A stretch of DNA of 64,000 bases from Myxococcota bacterium (GTDB lineage: Bacteria > Myxococcota_A > Polyangia > Nannocystales > Nannocystaceae): NCBI GenBank assembly GCA_039194325.1, contig JBCCWC010000004.1, positions 32,001-96,000 of the forward strand, in the 5' to 3' direction. The notes under the pieces are model-generated. The model ran no database searches. It was not told where the DNA came from and saw only the letters and a program-made list of their open reading frames with translations. Positions 18,953 to 29,878 of the stretch are shown here, piece by piece; positions within the stretch are counted from its first letter, which is position 1; each line of letters starts with the position of its first letter. The translations under genes were made by a program, and so were the position numbers.

Positions 18953-21397
18953 ATGGCCCAGGCGCCTCGGCTCGCCCCAGGCTCGATCTTCGCCCGAGAC
19001 TACAAGGTCGTCGATCTCCTCGCCGAAGGAGGCATGGGTGCGGTCTATCGGGCCGAGCAGATGAGCACCCGCAAGCTCCGGGCGCTCAAGCTGATCAGCA
19101 CCCGACTGGACACCGACCCCAAGGGTCGCGAGCGCTTCGTCCGCGAGGCGACCGTGGGGGCGTCGATCGACAGCGAGCACGCGGTCGAGGTGATCGGCGC
19201 GGGGGTCGACGAGACCACCGGTCGCCCCTGGCTGGCCATGGAGATGCTCGACGGGGCCGACCTCGGCGCGGTGGTCGACTACCAAGGGCCGATCTCACCG
19301 GGTCAGCTCCGCGAGGTGGTGGGGCAGCTGTGCCACGGGTTGGCGGCGGCCCATCGGGCCGGCGTAGTCCACCGTGACCTCAAGCCGGCCAACATCTTCG
19401 TCGCGCGCTCGCGCCGGGCCGGGGTGCCCTTCACGATCAAGATCCTCGACTTCGGGATCGCCAAGGTGGTCCAGGAATCGGGCAGCGGCGCCACGGAGAC
19501 GGACACGGTGGGCTCGCCGCTATGGATGGCACCCGAGCAGCTCAACGCCCAGCGCCCGACCCCCGCCACCGACGTGTGGGCGCTCGGTCTGCTCGGATTT
19601 TGGGCCCTGACCGGCCTGCACTACTGGATGGCCGCCCACGCCGAGTCCAGCACCGTCCAGGCCCTTTTCGTCGAGCAATTGTTCAAGCCCCTGGTCCCCG
19701 CCTCGACGCGCGCGACCGAGCTGGGCTTCACCCACGCGCTGCCCCCGGGCTTTGACGACTGGTTCTCGCGCTGCACCCAACGCGACGCCCCCCGACGCTT
19801 TCCCGACGCCCAAGCGGCCAGCGACGCCCTGCTCGCGCTGCTGACCCCCGACCCAGAGGCGGCGGCCCAGCTGCTGCCCAACGTTGCGCTCGCCCCCAGC
19901 ATCGGCGTTACCGAGCCCGAGGCCCACACGGGCTCCGAGTCCACCCAGCCCACCCAACCCAACGCGTGGGGCGCCAGCTCGGTCGTCTCCGCCGCCGAGC
20001 TCGCGGCCGCCCGCTCCTCGTTCGAGGGCGAGGCCACCCGAACCGATCCCCCCGGCCTGGGCGCCGATCTCTCCCGAGACCCGCTCTCGCTCGGCCCTTC
20101 CGTGCCCGCCGCTCGCTCGAGGATCTCCCCCCTCGTGGTGATGCTGAGCGTGGCCCTGGTGATGGGGGTCATGGTCGGAGCCGGCTACCTGGCCTGGCAA
20201 TGGCAAGCCGAGCAAAGCAGCAGCGCCGACTCCACGATGAACGTCATCGTGCCGTCTTCATCCGACGAGGGTGGCGACGACGATCCTCACTACCCGGCGG
20301 GTGGCGACCAGACCGGCTCCGCAGCGACCGGTGCGGTGGCGGACACGGGCTCCGGTCACGCGGTCGACCCCGGACCTGCCGAGCCACTCCTCCAGATCGT
20401 GATCCCGCACCGCACCCAGCTCGACCGCAAGGTCCACGAGGTGCGCTTCTTGGGCTGGAGCGGCTCCGGGCACCGCTTCGCGCTCCAGGCCGAGTACCGA
20501 TCGGATCGCGACGGCAAGCACAACCGGCTCGTCCTCATCGAGATCCGCGACGCGCTCACCGGTTCGATGGTCGAGTCGTTCCTCGTCTCCCGCGACGCAG
20601 CCAAGGGCACCAGCCGCTACCACGCATTGAGCAAGGCCGCGGCCGAGGCCCGACCCCACGCCGACTGGCCCGCCCGCCGCGAGGCGCTGGCGATCGACAA
20701 ACGCGCCCCCACCCTAAAGGCCCCGGAAGGAGGCGGCCACCTGATCCTCGAGGCCGAGGACGCCCCCGAGGGCACGAGCACGAGCTTCCCTCCCTCCGAG
20801 CTCGGCGTGGCGTACCGGTGGACCTCGGTGAGTGACCCGCTCGACGATGCCCCCGACCCGAGCGCCCCGGCGATGACGGTGAGCTATGTGCACGAGTCGT
20901 CGCGCTGGCCCCTGCTGTCGCTGGCTCCGCCCTTCACTCAACGACAGCTCGCCGAGCGCCGCATCCTCGAAGATGAAGACCCAGCCCTCGCCGGGCATGT
21001 GCTGGCGTTCTGGTCCCCCGATGGGTCGCGGGTGATCCTCGTCCACGAAGCCGAGCTCCGTCCCGCAGGTGAGCCACCGCTCAACCACCACCGCTGGGTG
21101 CTGCGAGCCGCCGGCCCGCAGATCCGCCTGGTCGAGGCCGGGGCCGGACAGCAGCGCATCCGCCAGTTCGCCGCGACCTTGGCGGCCACCGGCCGTCCAG
21201 TGGCGAGCGTCGAGCTCCGCGCGCCTCCGGAGGCCACGTCCTCGCTGCTGTACACCAGCAAGCGAGACGGGACCCGCCAGCTGGCCAACGAGATCCGAGC
21301 GCTGATGCCCGAGCGGTTGCCCGAGCCCACGGGTAAACGAGCACGCAAGCGTGATCTGACCGCCGTGGTGGTGGTGCTCGGCCACGACGCGGGCTGA
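18953..21397 (+). CDS. membrane Ser/Thr protein kinase
   Basis: EGGMGAVY, ALK, HRDLKPANIF, DFGIAK, GSPLWMAPEQ and DVWALG; a TM helix, then an extracellular C-terminal region. Confidence 0.93.
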   Translation: MAQAPRLAPGSIFARDYKVVDLLAEGGMGAVYRAEQMSTRKLRALKLISTRLDTDPKGRERFVREATVGASIDSEHAVEVIGAGVDETTGRPWLAMEMLDGADLGAVVDYQGPISPGQLREVVGQLCHGLAAAHRAGVVHRDLKPANIFVARSRRAGVPFTIKILDFGIAKVVQESGSGATETDTVGSPLWMAPEQLNAQRPTPATDVWALGLLGFWALTGLHYWMAAHAESSTVQALFVEQLFKPLVPASTRATELGFTHALPPGFDDWFSRCTQRDAPRRFPDAQAASDALLALLTPDPEAAAQLLPNVALAPSIGVTEPEAHTGSESTQPTQPNAWGASSVVSAAELAAARSSFEGEATRTDPPGLGADLSRDPLSLGPSVPAARSRISPLVVMLSVALVMGVMVGAGYLAWQWQAEQSSSADSTMNVIVPSSSDEGGDDDPHYPAGGDQTGSAATGAVADTGSGHAVDPGPAEPLLQIVIPHRTQLDRKVHEVRFLGWSGSGHRFALQAEYRSDRDGKHNRLVLIEIRDALTGSMVESFLVSRDAAKGTSRYHALSKAAAEARPHADWPARREALAIDKRAPTLKAPEGGGHLILEAEDAPEGTSTSFPPSELGVAYRWTSVSDPLDDAPDPSAPAMTVSYVHESSRWPLLSLAPPFTQRQLAERRILEDEDPALAGHVLAFWSPDGSRVILVHEAELRPAGEPPLNHHRWVLRAAGPQIRLVEAGAGQQRIRQFAATLAATGRPVASVELRAPPEATSSLLYTSKRDGTRQLANEIRALMPERLPEPTGKRARKRDLTAVVVVLGHDAG

Positions 21398-21400
21398 GAG

Positions 21401-23272
21401 TTAGTGATGCCGAGGCCGGTTTGGGAACCGGCGGCGACGCACTGCTCCCAGTAGCAGCAACCCCAGTGCGGTCCAGCCCGGTGCCTGCGGGCGCTGGCGA
21501 CATCCACAGCCGCCCCCGCCGTCGTCTCCGGCCGCGGCGGTGTCGGTCTCCGTCTCGCCTCCGGAACCCGACGCAGATGCAGATGCGGATGCGGATGCGG
21601 ATGCGGACGCGGACGCCGATGCGGACGCGGACGCGGACGCCGACGCTCCCCCCGTCGTCGTCGTCCCGGACTCTTCACCGCCGGACGTATCCACGTTGCC
21701 TCCCGAGGTGTCCATGCCCCCGGTGGTATCCCCGGGCTCCTCGGCGGGACAACCATCGGTCAGGTTACCATTGCGATCCTCGGCGCACACCAGGATCGCC
21801 TCGATCCCGCCGTCGGACGCGGGCAAGACCGCCCGGAACAGGTCACCACCCATATAGGTAGCGTCGACCTCGATGGCCTCCCCCTCGGGATCGATCACCA
21901 CGAAGACACGAGCGAGTCGTGGACCTTCGTCGGTCACCGTACGATCGCTCACCGCAAAACGCAGCACGCGCTCCTCGCCCGCGGGCACCGGCACGATGCC
22001 CTCCTCCGTGGCGATGATCACCGGCGCCCGTGAGTCCTCGGGGACGCCGTCGTTGGCCAAGTACACCTCGTCGGAGCTGGTGACCTCGCCCTGGCCGGTG
22101 ACCAAGTCGAAGCGCCCGTCATCGTTGAGGTCGCCGAACTCCCCCCAGAGGCTGCCATTCCCCGGCGGGGGGAATGCGCCCGGTTCGATCGCGAAGTTGC
22201 CCGAGCCATCGTTGATGAACAACCGCTCGGGACCTTGCAAAGAGATCACCACGCCGTCGAAGTCACCGTCGTCGTCGATGTCAGCACAGACGACGCCATT
22301 GTCGTCGTTGTTTCCATTGCCGGTGACCCTAGCCCCGGTCTCGTCGGCAAAGTTGCCGTTGCCGTCGTTGATGAGCAGCTGTTCGGAATACCCGCCGCCG
22401 ATATTCTCGATCCACAGGTCTAGATCGCCGTCGCCGTCGACGTCGCACGGGGCCACGTTGTAGTGAAACCCCACGTTGGCGGGGGGATCGACCGAGCCTC
22501 CGGCGGCGAAATTGCCGCTGCCATCGTTGAACCAAAGCGCGCCGGTCCCTTGGGCATGGGCATTGACGAACAGGTCGAGATCGAAGTCCCGGTCGGCGTC
22601 GAAGAACTCCGCATCGTCGATGTCGATCCCGGAGATCATGTCCGGAATGGCCCCCATCGCCTCGGTGAACACTCCCGTGCCATCGTTGATGTACAGGTGC
22701 CCGAAAGGGGGACCCCCCACGACGTACCCATCGGCGCTGAAGATGTCGAGATCGCCGTCGTTGTCCACGTCGCCCATGCGCGCCGCGCCCGACCGGGGGT
22801 AGGGGGCGCCGGGCAGGCGTGCATCCGCCTCGTCGACGAACACTCCCGAGCCATCGTTGATGAACAGCACGGGGGGCCCGGCGTTCCCACTGGGGCCGTA
22901 GATATCGATTGCGCCGTCGCCGTCGACGTCGCCCACCGCGATCTGCCGCAGGGCCCCAGAGTACCCGCCCACCGCGCTATCAGAGACGTTGGTGAAGCTA
23001 GCGCTGCCGTCGTTGGTGTAGACGGCAAACGGCTCTTCGATGTTGGGCCCACCGAAGAAGTCGGCATAGTTGGGCAGCAGGATGTCGAGATCGTCGTCGC
23101 CGTCGATATCGGTCACCCGAATGTGATTGGTCCAACATCCCGAGCCACCGCACTCCTGAGGATTGAGCGCCCCCGGGACGAGGTCGTAAAGAGCACCACC
23201 CGCCCGAGCCGAGGTGGGCGTCGTGAGCATTCCAAGGAGCGCCGCGATCGCGGCCAGTGCATATCGATTCAA
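21401..23272 (-). CDS. FG-GAP/VCBS-repeat surface protein with MYXO-CTERM
   Basis: Signal peptide; repeated DxDGDGDLD / INDGSGxF units; poly-(AS) linker; C-terminal GGCGC...LLLLGAVRRRR. Confidence 0.85.
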   Translation of the reverse strand: MNRYALAAIAALLGMLTTPTSARAGGALYDLVPGALNPQECGGSGCWTNHIRVTDIDGDDDLDILLPNYADFFGGPNIEEPFAVYTNDGSASFTNVSDSAVGGYSGALRQIAVGDVDGDGAIDIYGPSGNAGPPVLFINDGSGVFVDEADARLPGAPYPRSGAARMGDVDNDGDLDIFSADGYVVGGPPFGHLYINDGTGVFTEAMGAIPDMISGIDIDDAEFFDADRDFDLDLFVNAHAQGTGALWFNDGSGNFAAGGSVDPPANVGFHYNVAPCDVDGDGDLDLWIENIGGGYSEQLLINDGNGNFADETGARVTGNGNNDDNGVVCADIDDDGDFDGVVISLQGPERLFINDGSGNFAIEPGAFPPPGNGSLWGEFGDLNDDGRFDLVTGQGEVTSSDEVYLANDGVPEDSRAPVIIATEEGIVPVPAGEERVLRFAVSDRTVTDEGPRLARVFVVIDPEGEAIEVDATYMGGDLFRAVLPASDGGIEAILVCAEDRNGNLTDGCPAEEPGDTTGGMDTSGGNVDTSGGEESGTTTTGGASASASASASASASASASASASASASGSGGETETDTAAAGDDGGGGCGCRQRPQAPGWTALGLLLLGAVRRRRFPNRPRHH

Positions 23273-23838
23273 GGGAACCTCCCGTACGAGCGGCCCTTTA
23301 GGAGAGCCAGACGTCGTGCGGGAGTATATGGCGAAGATCGGGCCGTGCCTTCAAGCGCGCTCGATCAGCAGCGCGGGTATGAACCGGCTGCCGTTACGCT
23401 CGCGATCGCCTCAGGCCTCGAACCCCCCGAATCGATCGACCCCGAGGTTTCACCAGGCGGCCGCTTGACGCCCGTGCACAGTGCCGGTTTACGACCAGGA
23501 CCCGGGGCGTGGTCGCCTCGAGCTGGGGGGTGCCACTCGACCGCCGTGCCGAGCTGAAAACCGCAACGCCTCGTCGTCGGGCCGCACCGCACCATGGAGA
23601 CGGTCGGGCGAGTTCGCGCTCTGGTGCTCGGGGAAATCCCCACTTGTCGTATGGCCGGGTCTCCTTGCTCGAATTACAGTGTCTGTTCGGCCGCCGTCTG
23701 CAGGATCCAGGACCGTGGTCGACTCTGAGATCGGCGCTTTGATGGACAATATTGGGAAGAAAAGCCCGCAAGGCCCTCGACATTCGCAATCGAAAGGGGC
23801 CATACTCGGCGTTCCTCCTGGTAAAGGTAACGAATCCA

Positions 23839-24771
23839 ATGAATCGAACATTGATTTTCGCACTCCTGGGTACGGTCGCGCTCGCGTGCACCCCCGTGGA
23901 GGACCCCGAAAGCAACAGCGACACGGCGCCCGCGGACGACGACGACGATATGGGCACGACCACCGAGCCCATACCCGATCCATCCGTGGGCAACACCGGC
24001 ATCAACACCAGCGGTCAAGAAGGCACCAGCTCGGACGATGGCAACCAGATGGACAGCACTGGCAACGCCTTCTTCGTCGAGCCCGACGGTGGTGGCCCCG
24101 TGGTCGAGTGCGACGTATGGGATCAGGACTGCCCCAAGGGGGAAAAGTGCATGCCGTGGGCCAACGACGGCGGCAACTCCTGGAACGCCACGCGTTGCTC
24201 TGAGATCGCGGACAACCCTGGTCAGGTGGGGGACGAGTGCACCGTGGAGGGCAGCGGCGTCAGCGGAGTCGACAGCTGTGACGAGTCGGCCATGTGCTAC
24301 TACGTCGACCCCGAGACCGGGGTGGGAACCTGCGTAGGCTTTTGCGAGGGCAGCCCGGACAACCCCATGTGCGAGCCGGGCTTCTTGTGCGCGATCGCCA
24401 ACAACGGGGTGCTGATCCTCTGCCGCCGCGAGTGCGATCCCCTGCTGCAGGACTGCCAGGGCAGTGCAGCCTGCCTGCCCGCCGCGGGCAGCGACGGCTT
24501 CGTGTGCATCGTGGATGCCTCGGGCGAGACGGGGGCGGCCGGCGATCCCTGCGAGTTCATCAACGCCTGCGACCCCGGCCTGACCTGCACCGTGGCCGAG
24601 AACGTACCCGGATGCATGGGCGCAGGCTGCTGCACCGAGTTCTGCGACCTGACCGAGGTAGACCCCGACGCCGCCTGCACCCAGGCCGGACAGGGCTGCG
24701 TCTCCTGGTTCGAAAAGGGGAACGCGCCGCCGATGCTCGATCACGTGGGCTTCTGCGCGCTCCCGATGTAG
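23839..24771 (+). CDS. Cys-rich myxobacterial lipoprotein
   Basis: Lipobox ALAC; CDVWDQDCPKGEKCMPWA, CDPLLQDC and GDPCEFINACDPGL...CCTEFCDL repeats. Confidence 0.8.
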   Translation: MNRTLIFALLGTVALACTPVEDPESNSDTAPADDDDDMGTTTEPIPDPSVGNTGINTSGQEGTSSDDGNQMDSTGNAFFVEPDGGGPVVECDVWDQDCPKGEKCMPWANDGGNSWNATRCSEIADNPGQVGDECTVEGSGVSGVDSCDESAMCYYVDPETGVGTCVGFCEGSPDNPMCEPGFLCAIANNGVLILCRRECDPLLQDCQGSAACLPAAGSDGFVCIVDASGETGAAGDPCEFINACDPGLTCTVAENVPGCMGAGCCTEFCDLTEVDPDAACTQAGQGCVSWFEKGNAPPMLDHVGFCALPM

Positions 24772-24868
24772 CCCGGGGGTATTGATGCCGAGGCCGGCTC
24801 GGGATGCGCGACTGCGTCGCGCCCGGCCTCGGTCTTACGCACGTGACACCTAGGAGCCGGGTCGCCCG

Positions 24869-27800
24869 TCACGGGCTGGCGTCGGCGCCTGAGCTGGCCT
24901 TCGGCGCGTGGGCGGGCGCCTTCGCTCGACCCGACCGCTCGAGCTGTCGCTGCACCCCCACCGCGTCCATGCGCGAGCGGGTGTACTCGCTGCGCCCGAA
25001 CAGCTCGTTGGTGGCGGGGTACCGGTCGGGCGACCGCTGCTGGAGCTCCTGCTCGCACATCCGCGAGAACTCGTTGAAGAACTGAAACTCCGTGGAGCGC
25101 TCGAGGCAATATCCGAGCGCGGTCACGGCCGCCTCCTCCAGTGGCTGGGCGTAGTCGGCCAACCCGAAGCAGTAGTCGTCGTAGGCCTCTTCGTTGCGGA
25201 TCACCTTGGGCACCTCGGCTCGGTACAGTTGGTCGGCGAAGTTCTGGTACACCACCGCCGAGCGGGCAGACGCGGCCAACACCCAGTGGGGGCTCTTGCT
25301 CTCGAGCACCTCGCCATACGCGGCGATGAGCTCGTCCCGCTTGGCCAACTTGGCGTCGAGGAACGCCTTGAAGCGCGCCTTGGTCTTCTGGACCCGCGCC
25401 AGCTGGCGCTCGTACTGCCTCACGAGCGCCGGGTGACCGGTGTCCTTCTTCCACTCCTCGACGAAGAAGTCCAGATCCTCGGGCATGTCGATCCGCAGGT
25501 AGTCCTCGTAGGCCGCATCGGCCCGATACACCATGGCCATCCCCACGGCGTCGTGGAACGCCCCCTGGCGCTCCTGGTCGCGCTCTTGGTCGCGCTCTTG
25601 GTCGCGCCCGTCGTCGCGCCCGTCGTTGCGATAATGCACCTTGGCCTTGGCGGCCAGCGCAAGCGCCTGCTCGAAGTGGTCCTGAGCGGCCGCGGCCAGC
25701 TTGGGGTCGCGGCGATGCACGGTGACCACCCCCTGAGTGGCCCGCCCGCAGCGGTCGGGAATGGCCCGCTTGTTGCGGCGACGCAGGTCGGCCGCCTCCT
25801 CGCTGGTCTTCGTGCCCATCATCGCCCGCTCGCGTCGGATCGACACGCAGGCGTCCCCCAACATCGTCTTGGGGCACGACTGGCGCCACTTGATCTGACC
25901 GGCGAGCGCGTGCGCGACCGCCAAGCGGTCGAGCCCGCCCTTGCGACCGTAGGTCTCTACGTAAGCCTCGGCGTGGCGCAGCCGCTGCTCTGGCTCCTCT
26001 AGCAGATCGTGCCGGGCCCAGAAGATCCCCGCCGCCCGCTTGGGATCCTTGCGTCGATAGAGCGACTCGTAGTGCCGGAGGTCCTCAGACGCCTCGCGCT
26101 GCTGGCCCAGGCCCAGGCGAAACAGGAACGCGTTCTCCAGGGCATCGCCCGCGAACTCGTCTTTGCGATAGCGCTCGGCGTACTGCTCGTAGCGCTGCGC
26201 CGCATCGGCGTAGAACGCGATCGCGTGGTAGTTCTCGCCCACTTCGCGCAGGGTGTCCTTGGCCAGGTTCGACTCGGGATGGCGCTCGAGCAGGGCCTCG
26301 CGCGTCTGGATCGCGAGGCCCACCTGGAAGTTGGCCTCAAAGCAGCGAGCCGCGTTGAACAGCAGCTCGTCCGATCGCTCGTGCTCGTCGTGCTCCTCGT
26401 AGACGTCGAGGTACTGCCGAGCACACTTGCCGTAGCCTTCGGGGTCCTCACCGGCGATGGCCGCTTGATGGTAGAGCTCGGCCTTGCGCCAGCCTACCGA
26501 GGCCAGCAGGCTGGGCACCGCCTCGCGCAGCCGGGCCGCTTGGGCGTGCTCGTAGAGCTTCATGTCCGCGAGCCGGCGGGCCCACTGCTCCAGCGTCGTC
26601 GAAGCAGCGAGGGTCTGCGCGGTGGAGTTGGCCTTGTCCGCCCACGGGATCGTCAGCGAGTCGAGCAGCATCTCCCCGCCCCACACCGCAAACACGGTGC
26701 CGTCGTGATCCTTGAGCAGTCGCTCGAGCACCGGGCGCGCCTCGTCGAAGCGATTGTGCTCGATCATCATCCGAGCCCGGTGAAAGAGGATCTTGGGCGC
26801 CTCCTCAGGGTGGGCCTTGGCCGCCACCCGCCCGTGCTGCTCGAAGCGCGCGTAGGCGTCGAGCATGGCCTGCTCGTCAGCCGTGTAGTCGCTCACGGGG
26901 AACCGCTGGGACGCGTCGATCTGCTCGCCCGACCGGGCCCGGCGACGCTCGGTGGGATAGACGCAGGTCCCGTCGGGCCGCGGCCGACAGCCGCGACCCT
27001 TGCCCGCGGTCTCGTCGTACTCGAGGTAGTTCTTGAGGCTCAGCATCTGGGCGTAGGCTGCCTCCCCGCTGTGCTTGCCCTTGGGTTGCATGTCGAGCAC
27101 CCGCACGAAGGCGTCGTGGGCCGCCTTGAACTTGGCCAGGCCCTTGTGCTGCTCGCTGCGATCGCGGCGGCTGTAGAGGATCTCGGCCTGCTGCCACAGC
27201 AGCTCCCCGTGCCAGTACTGCATGTCGTAGGCGCCCTTGGTCTTGCCAAAGAGCGATAGGTACTGCGTGTACGCCTTGTCGGCCAGCTCGAAGGCGTCGA
27301 AGCGATGGGTCTTGTCGCCCTCCTCGTGCCACACCGTGGCCATCCGCTGCAGCGTGTCGCGGGTTTGATCGCGGCACCGCTTGCGCACCGCCTTGGATCG
27401 CTTCGAGTCGCGCATGCGCGACCACTCCTGCCCCAGGCGCTCGGTCTCCTTCCACTGGATCCCCTTGTCGTCGCTGGCCAGGGCGTTGATCACCACCCGA
27501 TACTGCCACTCGCAGCGCTCGTCGTCCTTGGGCAGCTCTTGCTTCAGGCGGTGATAGGTGGCGCTAGACTCCACGTACATGCCCTCGCCAAAGTAGGTCG
27601 AGGCCAGGCGGATCATCATCTCGCGGGACATGTCCTGGTCGGCGGTGGGACCCCGGCCGACCTTGCGGAAGAACTCCCACGCCTTGGACGGCTTGCCCGT
27701 GTGCACGTAGGCCGCCACCAGGTCGCGACGGGCGTCGCGTCGCAATTGCTTGCCGTTGGCCTCGCTGCCCGCCCGGCCCTCGAGCGTGGCCTTGATCGTG

Positions 27801-28735
27801 TCCACGAAGCGCTGCAGGCTCCGCGCGTAGTCGGGCTCGGCCGTGCCCACCGGGTTGAGGTAGCACCAGGCCGACTTGTAGATCGCATAGGCATACACCG
27901 GGCTGTCGGGATAGCCGTCGATGACCTTCTCGTAGAGAGTACGGGCCTTGGCGATGTCACCGCTGCCGAACATCTGGTCGCCGAAGCTCACGTACACCTG
28001 AGGCACGAAGCGACTGGTCGGATGCTCCCGCAGCAGCCGCACATACGTATCCTGCATGTCGGACTGGCGACCGAGCTGCCCCAGCTCGAACGCATAGTAG
28101 TAGAGCGCCTCGTCCATGCGCTTCCACTTGGTCCAGCGCTTGTCACCGGCCAGGGCCGCGTAGGCCTTGGCCGCCGCTTCGCTGGCCTTGCGGGCCATCG
28201 CTTCCAGCTTCTTTTGGCGGGCCCTCTGGAGCCGAGCGGCTTCCTTCTTGCCGGCTTGTTCGAGGGCATGGATGTCCTCGTAGAGCGCCCCCGCCTGGTC
28301 CTCGAAGAGCGCCTTGCGCTCGAGATGAAGATCGGCGTACCGAAACAGATAGGAGGGGAAGTCCTTGTCGCTGCGCTCGGCCTCCTCGAGGATCGCTCGC
28401 ATCGTTCGGATCTGGTCGTCGAGGACGGCCAGGGTCACGTCTTGGCGCTTGCGGGTGACCGGGCCGACCTTCGACGTGGGCCCTTGGGGCGCCTTGGTGG
28501 CCGCCTTGCGGGCCTTTTCGAATGCGGTCTTGAGATCTCCCTTGGCGCGGACCTTGCCGCCCTTACGACCGTAGCGGACCTTGGTTGGGGCCTTTGCGGA
28601 CGAGGGCTCCGCAGCCAACGAAGCGCTCGCGAGCCCCCAAAGAGCAGCAACGAGCCAACATAGCCATCCCCAGGAGAGCCGACGCCGACGCGTCGAGCGC
28701 TCCGGGTGCACGATGGCACTCGAGCACATGGACAT
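24869..28735 (-). CDS. large secreted TPR protein (AgmU/GltD-like)
   Basis: Signal-peptide-like hydrophobic stretch; many TPRs with AxYKxAWC and LFNAA motifs; C-terminal FFNEFSRMCE. The start is inferred. Confidence 0.7.
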   Translation of the reverse strand: MSMCSSAIVHPERSTRRRRLSWGWLCWLVAALWGLASASLAAEPSSAKAPTKVRYGRKGGKVRAKGDLKTAFEKARKAATKAPQGPTSKVGPVTRKRQDVTLAVLDDQIRTMRAILEEAERSDKDFPSYLFRYADLHLERKALFEDQAGALYEDIHALEQAGKKEAARLQRARQKKLEAMARKASEAAAKAYAALAGDKRWTKWKRMDEALYYYAFELGQLGRQSDMQDTYVRLLREHPTSRFVPQVYVSFGDQMFGSGDIAKARTLYEKVIDGYPDSPVYAYAIYKSAWCYLNPVGTAEPDYARSLQRFVDTIKATLEGRAGSEANGKQLRRDARRDLVAAYVHTGKPSKAWEFFRKVGRGPTADQDMSREMMIRLASTYFGEGMYVESSATYHRLKQELPKDDERCEWQYRVVINALASDDKGIQWKETERLGQEWSRMRDSKRSKAVRKRCRDQTRDTLQRMATVWHEEGDKTHRFDAFELADKAYTQYLSLFGKTKGAYDMQYWHGELLWQQAEILYSRRDRSEQHKGLAKFKAAHDAFVRVLDMQPKGKHSGEAAYAQMLSLKNYLEYDETAGKGRGCRPRPDGTCVYPTERRRARSGEQIDASQRFPVSDYTADEQAMLDAYARFEQHGRVAAKAHPEEAPKILFHRARMMIEHNRFDEARPVLERLLKDHDGTVFAVWGGEMLLDSLTIPWADKANSTAQTLAASTTLEQWARRLADMKLYEHAQAARLREAVPSLLASVGWRKAELYHQAAIAGEDPEGYGKCARQYLDVYEEHDEHERSDELLFNAARCFEANFQVGLAIQTREALLERHPESNLAKDTLREVGENYHAIAFYADAAQRYEQYAERYRKDEFAGDALENAFLFRLGLGQQREASEDLRHYESLYRRKDPKRAAGIFWARHDLLEEPEQRLRHAEAYVETYGRKGGLDRLAVAHALAGQIKWRQSCPKTMLGDACVSIRRERAMMGTKTSEEAADLRRRNKRAIPDRCGRATQGVVTVHRRDPKLAAAAQDHFEQALALAAKAKVHYRNDGRDDGRDQERDQERDQERQGAFHDAVGMAMVYRADAAYEDYLRIDMPEDLDFFVEEWKKDTGHPALVRQYERQLARVQKTKARFKAFLDAKLAKRDELIAAYGEVLESKSPHWVLAASARSAVVYQNFADQLYRAEVPKVIRNEEAYDDYCFGLADYAQPLEEAAVTALGYCLERSTEFQFFNEFSRMCEQELQQRSPDRYPATNELFGRSEYTRSRMDAVGVQRQLERSGRAKAPAHAPKASSGADASP

Positions 28736-29057
28736 GGTGATTCCTCCGGCGGCGAACGAAGGCGTAGCCCGACGCGATCGAGCGCCCCCGCGCGCCGGGG
28801 ACGGGCCGAGCCTCGCCGAGCCACCGACCGAAAGGCGTCGCCGCACGCCTTTTCCGGGTGACGAAAATGTGGACCTGCGTATCCCCGCGGGTGCCCGCGA
28901 GCGCACCGGGTTATACGGCCTGGAGCCGGCCAGGTTCCCGCATCCGGGGCCCTGACCCCAAGGTGTTCGCGCCGCTGTAGCGAGCGTGAGGGCGCCCAGC
29001 AAGCACGCAACGTCCCGAGCGGATCTGGTGGATCGGCATGCTATCGTCATCACCATC

Positions 29058-29639
29058 ATGGCCATGGGCGAGCCCAACCCCGCGCGGATGACCTACGCGG
29101 AGTACCTCCTGGCCGAACAATCGAGTGAGACCAAGCACGAGTACCTCCGTGGCGAGGTCTACGCGATGGCTGGGGGCACCCCCACCCATGCCGGCCTGGC
29201 CATGGCGGTAGGGGTGGCTTTGAGTAATGCGCTCGCGGAGCGGCCATGCCGCGTCTTCAGCTCCGATCTACGGGTCCGAGTCGAAGCAACCGACCTGAGC
29301 ACGTACCCCGATCTCACCGTGGTCTGCGGCCGTTTTGAAGGATCGGCCACCGATCCCGACGCCGCGATCAACCCGGTGCTGATCGTCGAGATCCTCTCGG
29401 ACTCTACCGAAGCCTACGACCGCGGAGAGAAATTCGCCCACTACCGCCGGATTCCCAGCTTGCGCGAGTACGTCTTGGTCTCGCAGCACAGGCCACGGCT
29501 CGAGGCCTATGCCCAAAACGACGAGGGAGCCTGGGTGCTCGCCGAGGCAACCGCCGGTGAAACGCTCGAGCTGCGATCGCTGCCCGGCGTACAGCTACAG
29601 ACCGACGCCATCTACCGCGATCCGCTCGCCCCTCACTGA
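29058..29639 (+). CDS. Uma2-family endonuclease-fold protein
   Basis: KHEYLRGEVYAMAGGT, YPDLTVVC and EILSDSTEAYDRGEKFAHYRRIPSLREYVLVSQ. Confidence 0.9.
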   Translation: MAMGEPNPARMTYAEYLLAEQSSETKHEYLRGEVYAMAGGTPTHAGLAMAVGVALSNALAERPCRVFSSDLRVRVEATDLSTYPDLTVVCGRFEGSATDPDAAINPVLIVEILSDSTEAYDRGEKFAHYRRIPSLREYVLVSQHRPRLEAYAQNDEGAWVLAEATAGETLELRSLPGVQLQTDAIYRDPLAPH

Positions 29640-29878
29640 CTCGACTCGGCCGTCACAATCGGTCACCCCGGCCGCAGAACACAGCAAGACCGAAGCTCAT
29701 GGGATCGGGTCGAGGTGACCCTCCCAGCGCCGTGGCGCAATCGCTCGGGCTAGCGAGCCCCTGCCTAGCGCGCCCGAGCGTTGTTCCGGCCCGACAGCCG
29801 CAGACCCCGGCGAGCCTCCGGTACGTTGGGAGGGCGAGCCCGCGCCCCGTCGGCGTGCCGGGACGAGCTGAGGACGAG

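Noticed and set aside
21570..21645. Poly-(AS) repeat, and poly-(PE) at about 40355-40415, as phase-variation tracts
   Set aside because: In-frame 6-bp units encoding ordinary linkers; length changes would not shift the frame.
23839..24771. Enzyme label sometimes given to this family ('ribulose phosphate epimerase')
   Set aside because: The sequence is a Cys-rich lipoprotein with no TIM-barrel epimerase motifs.
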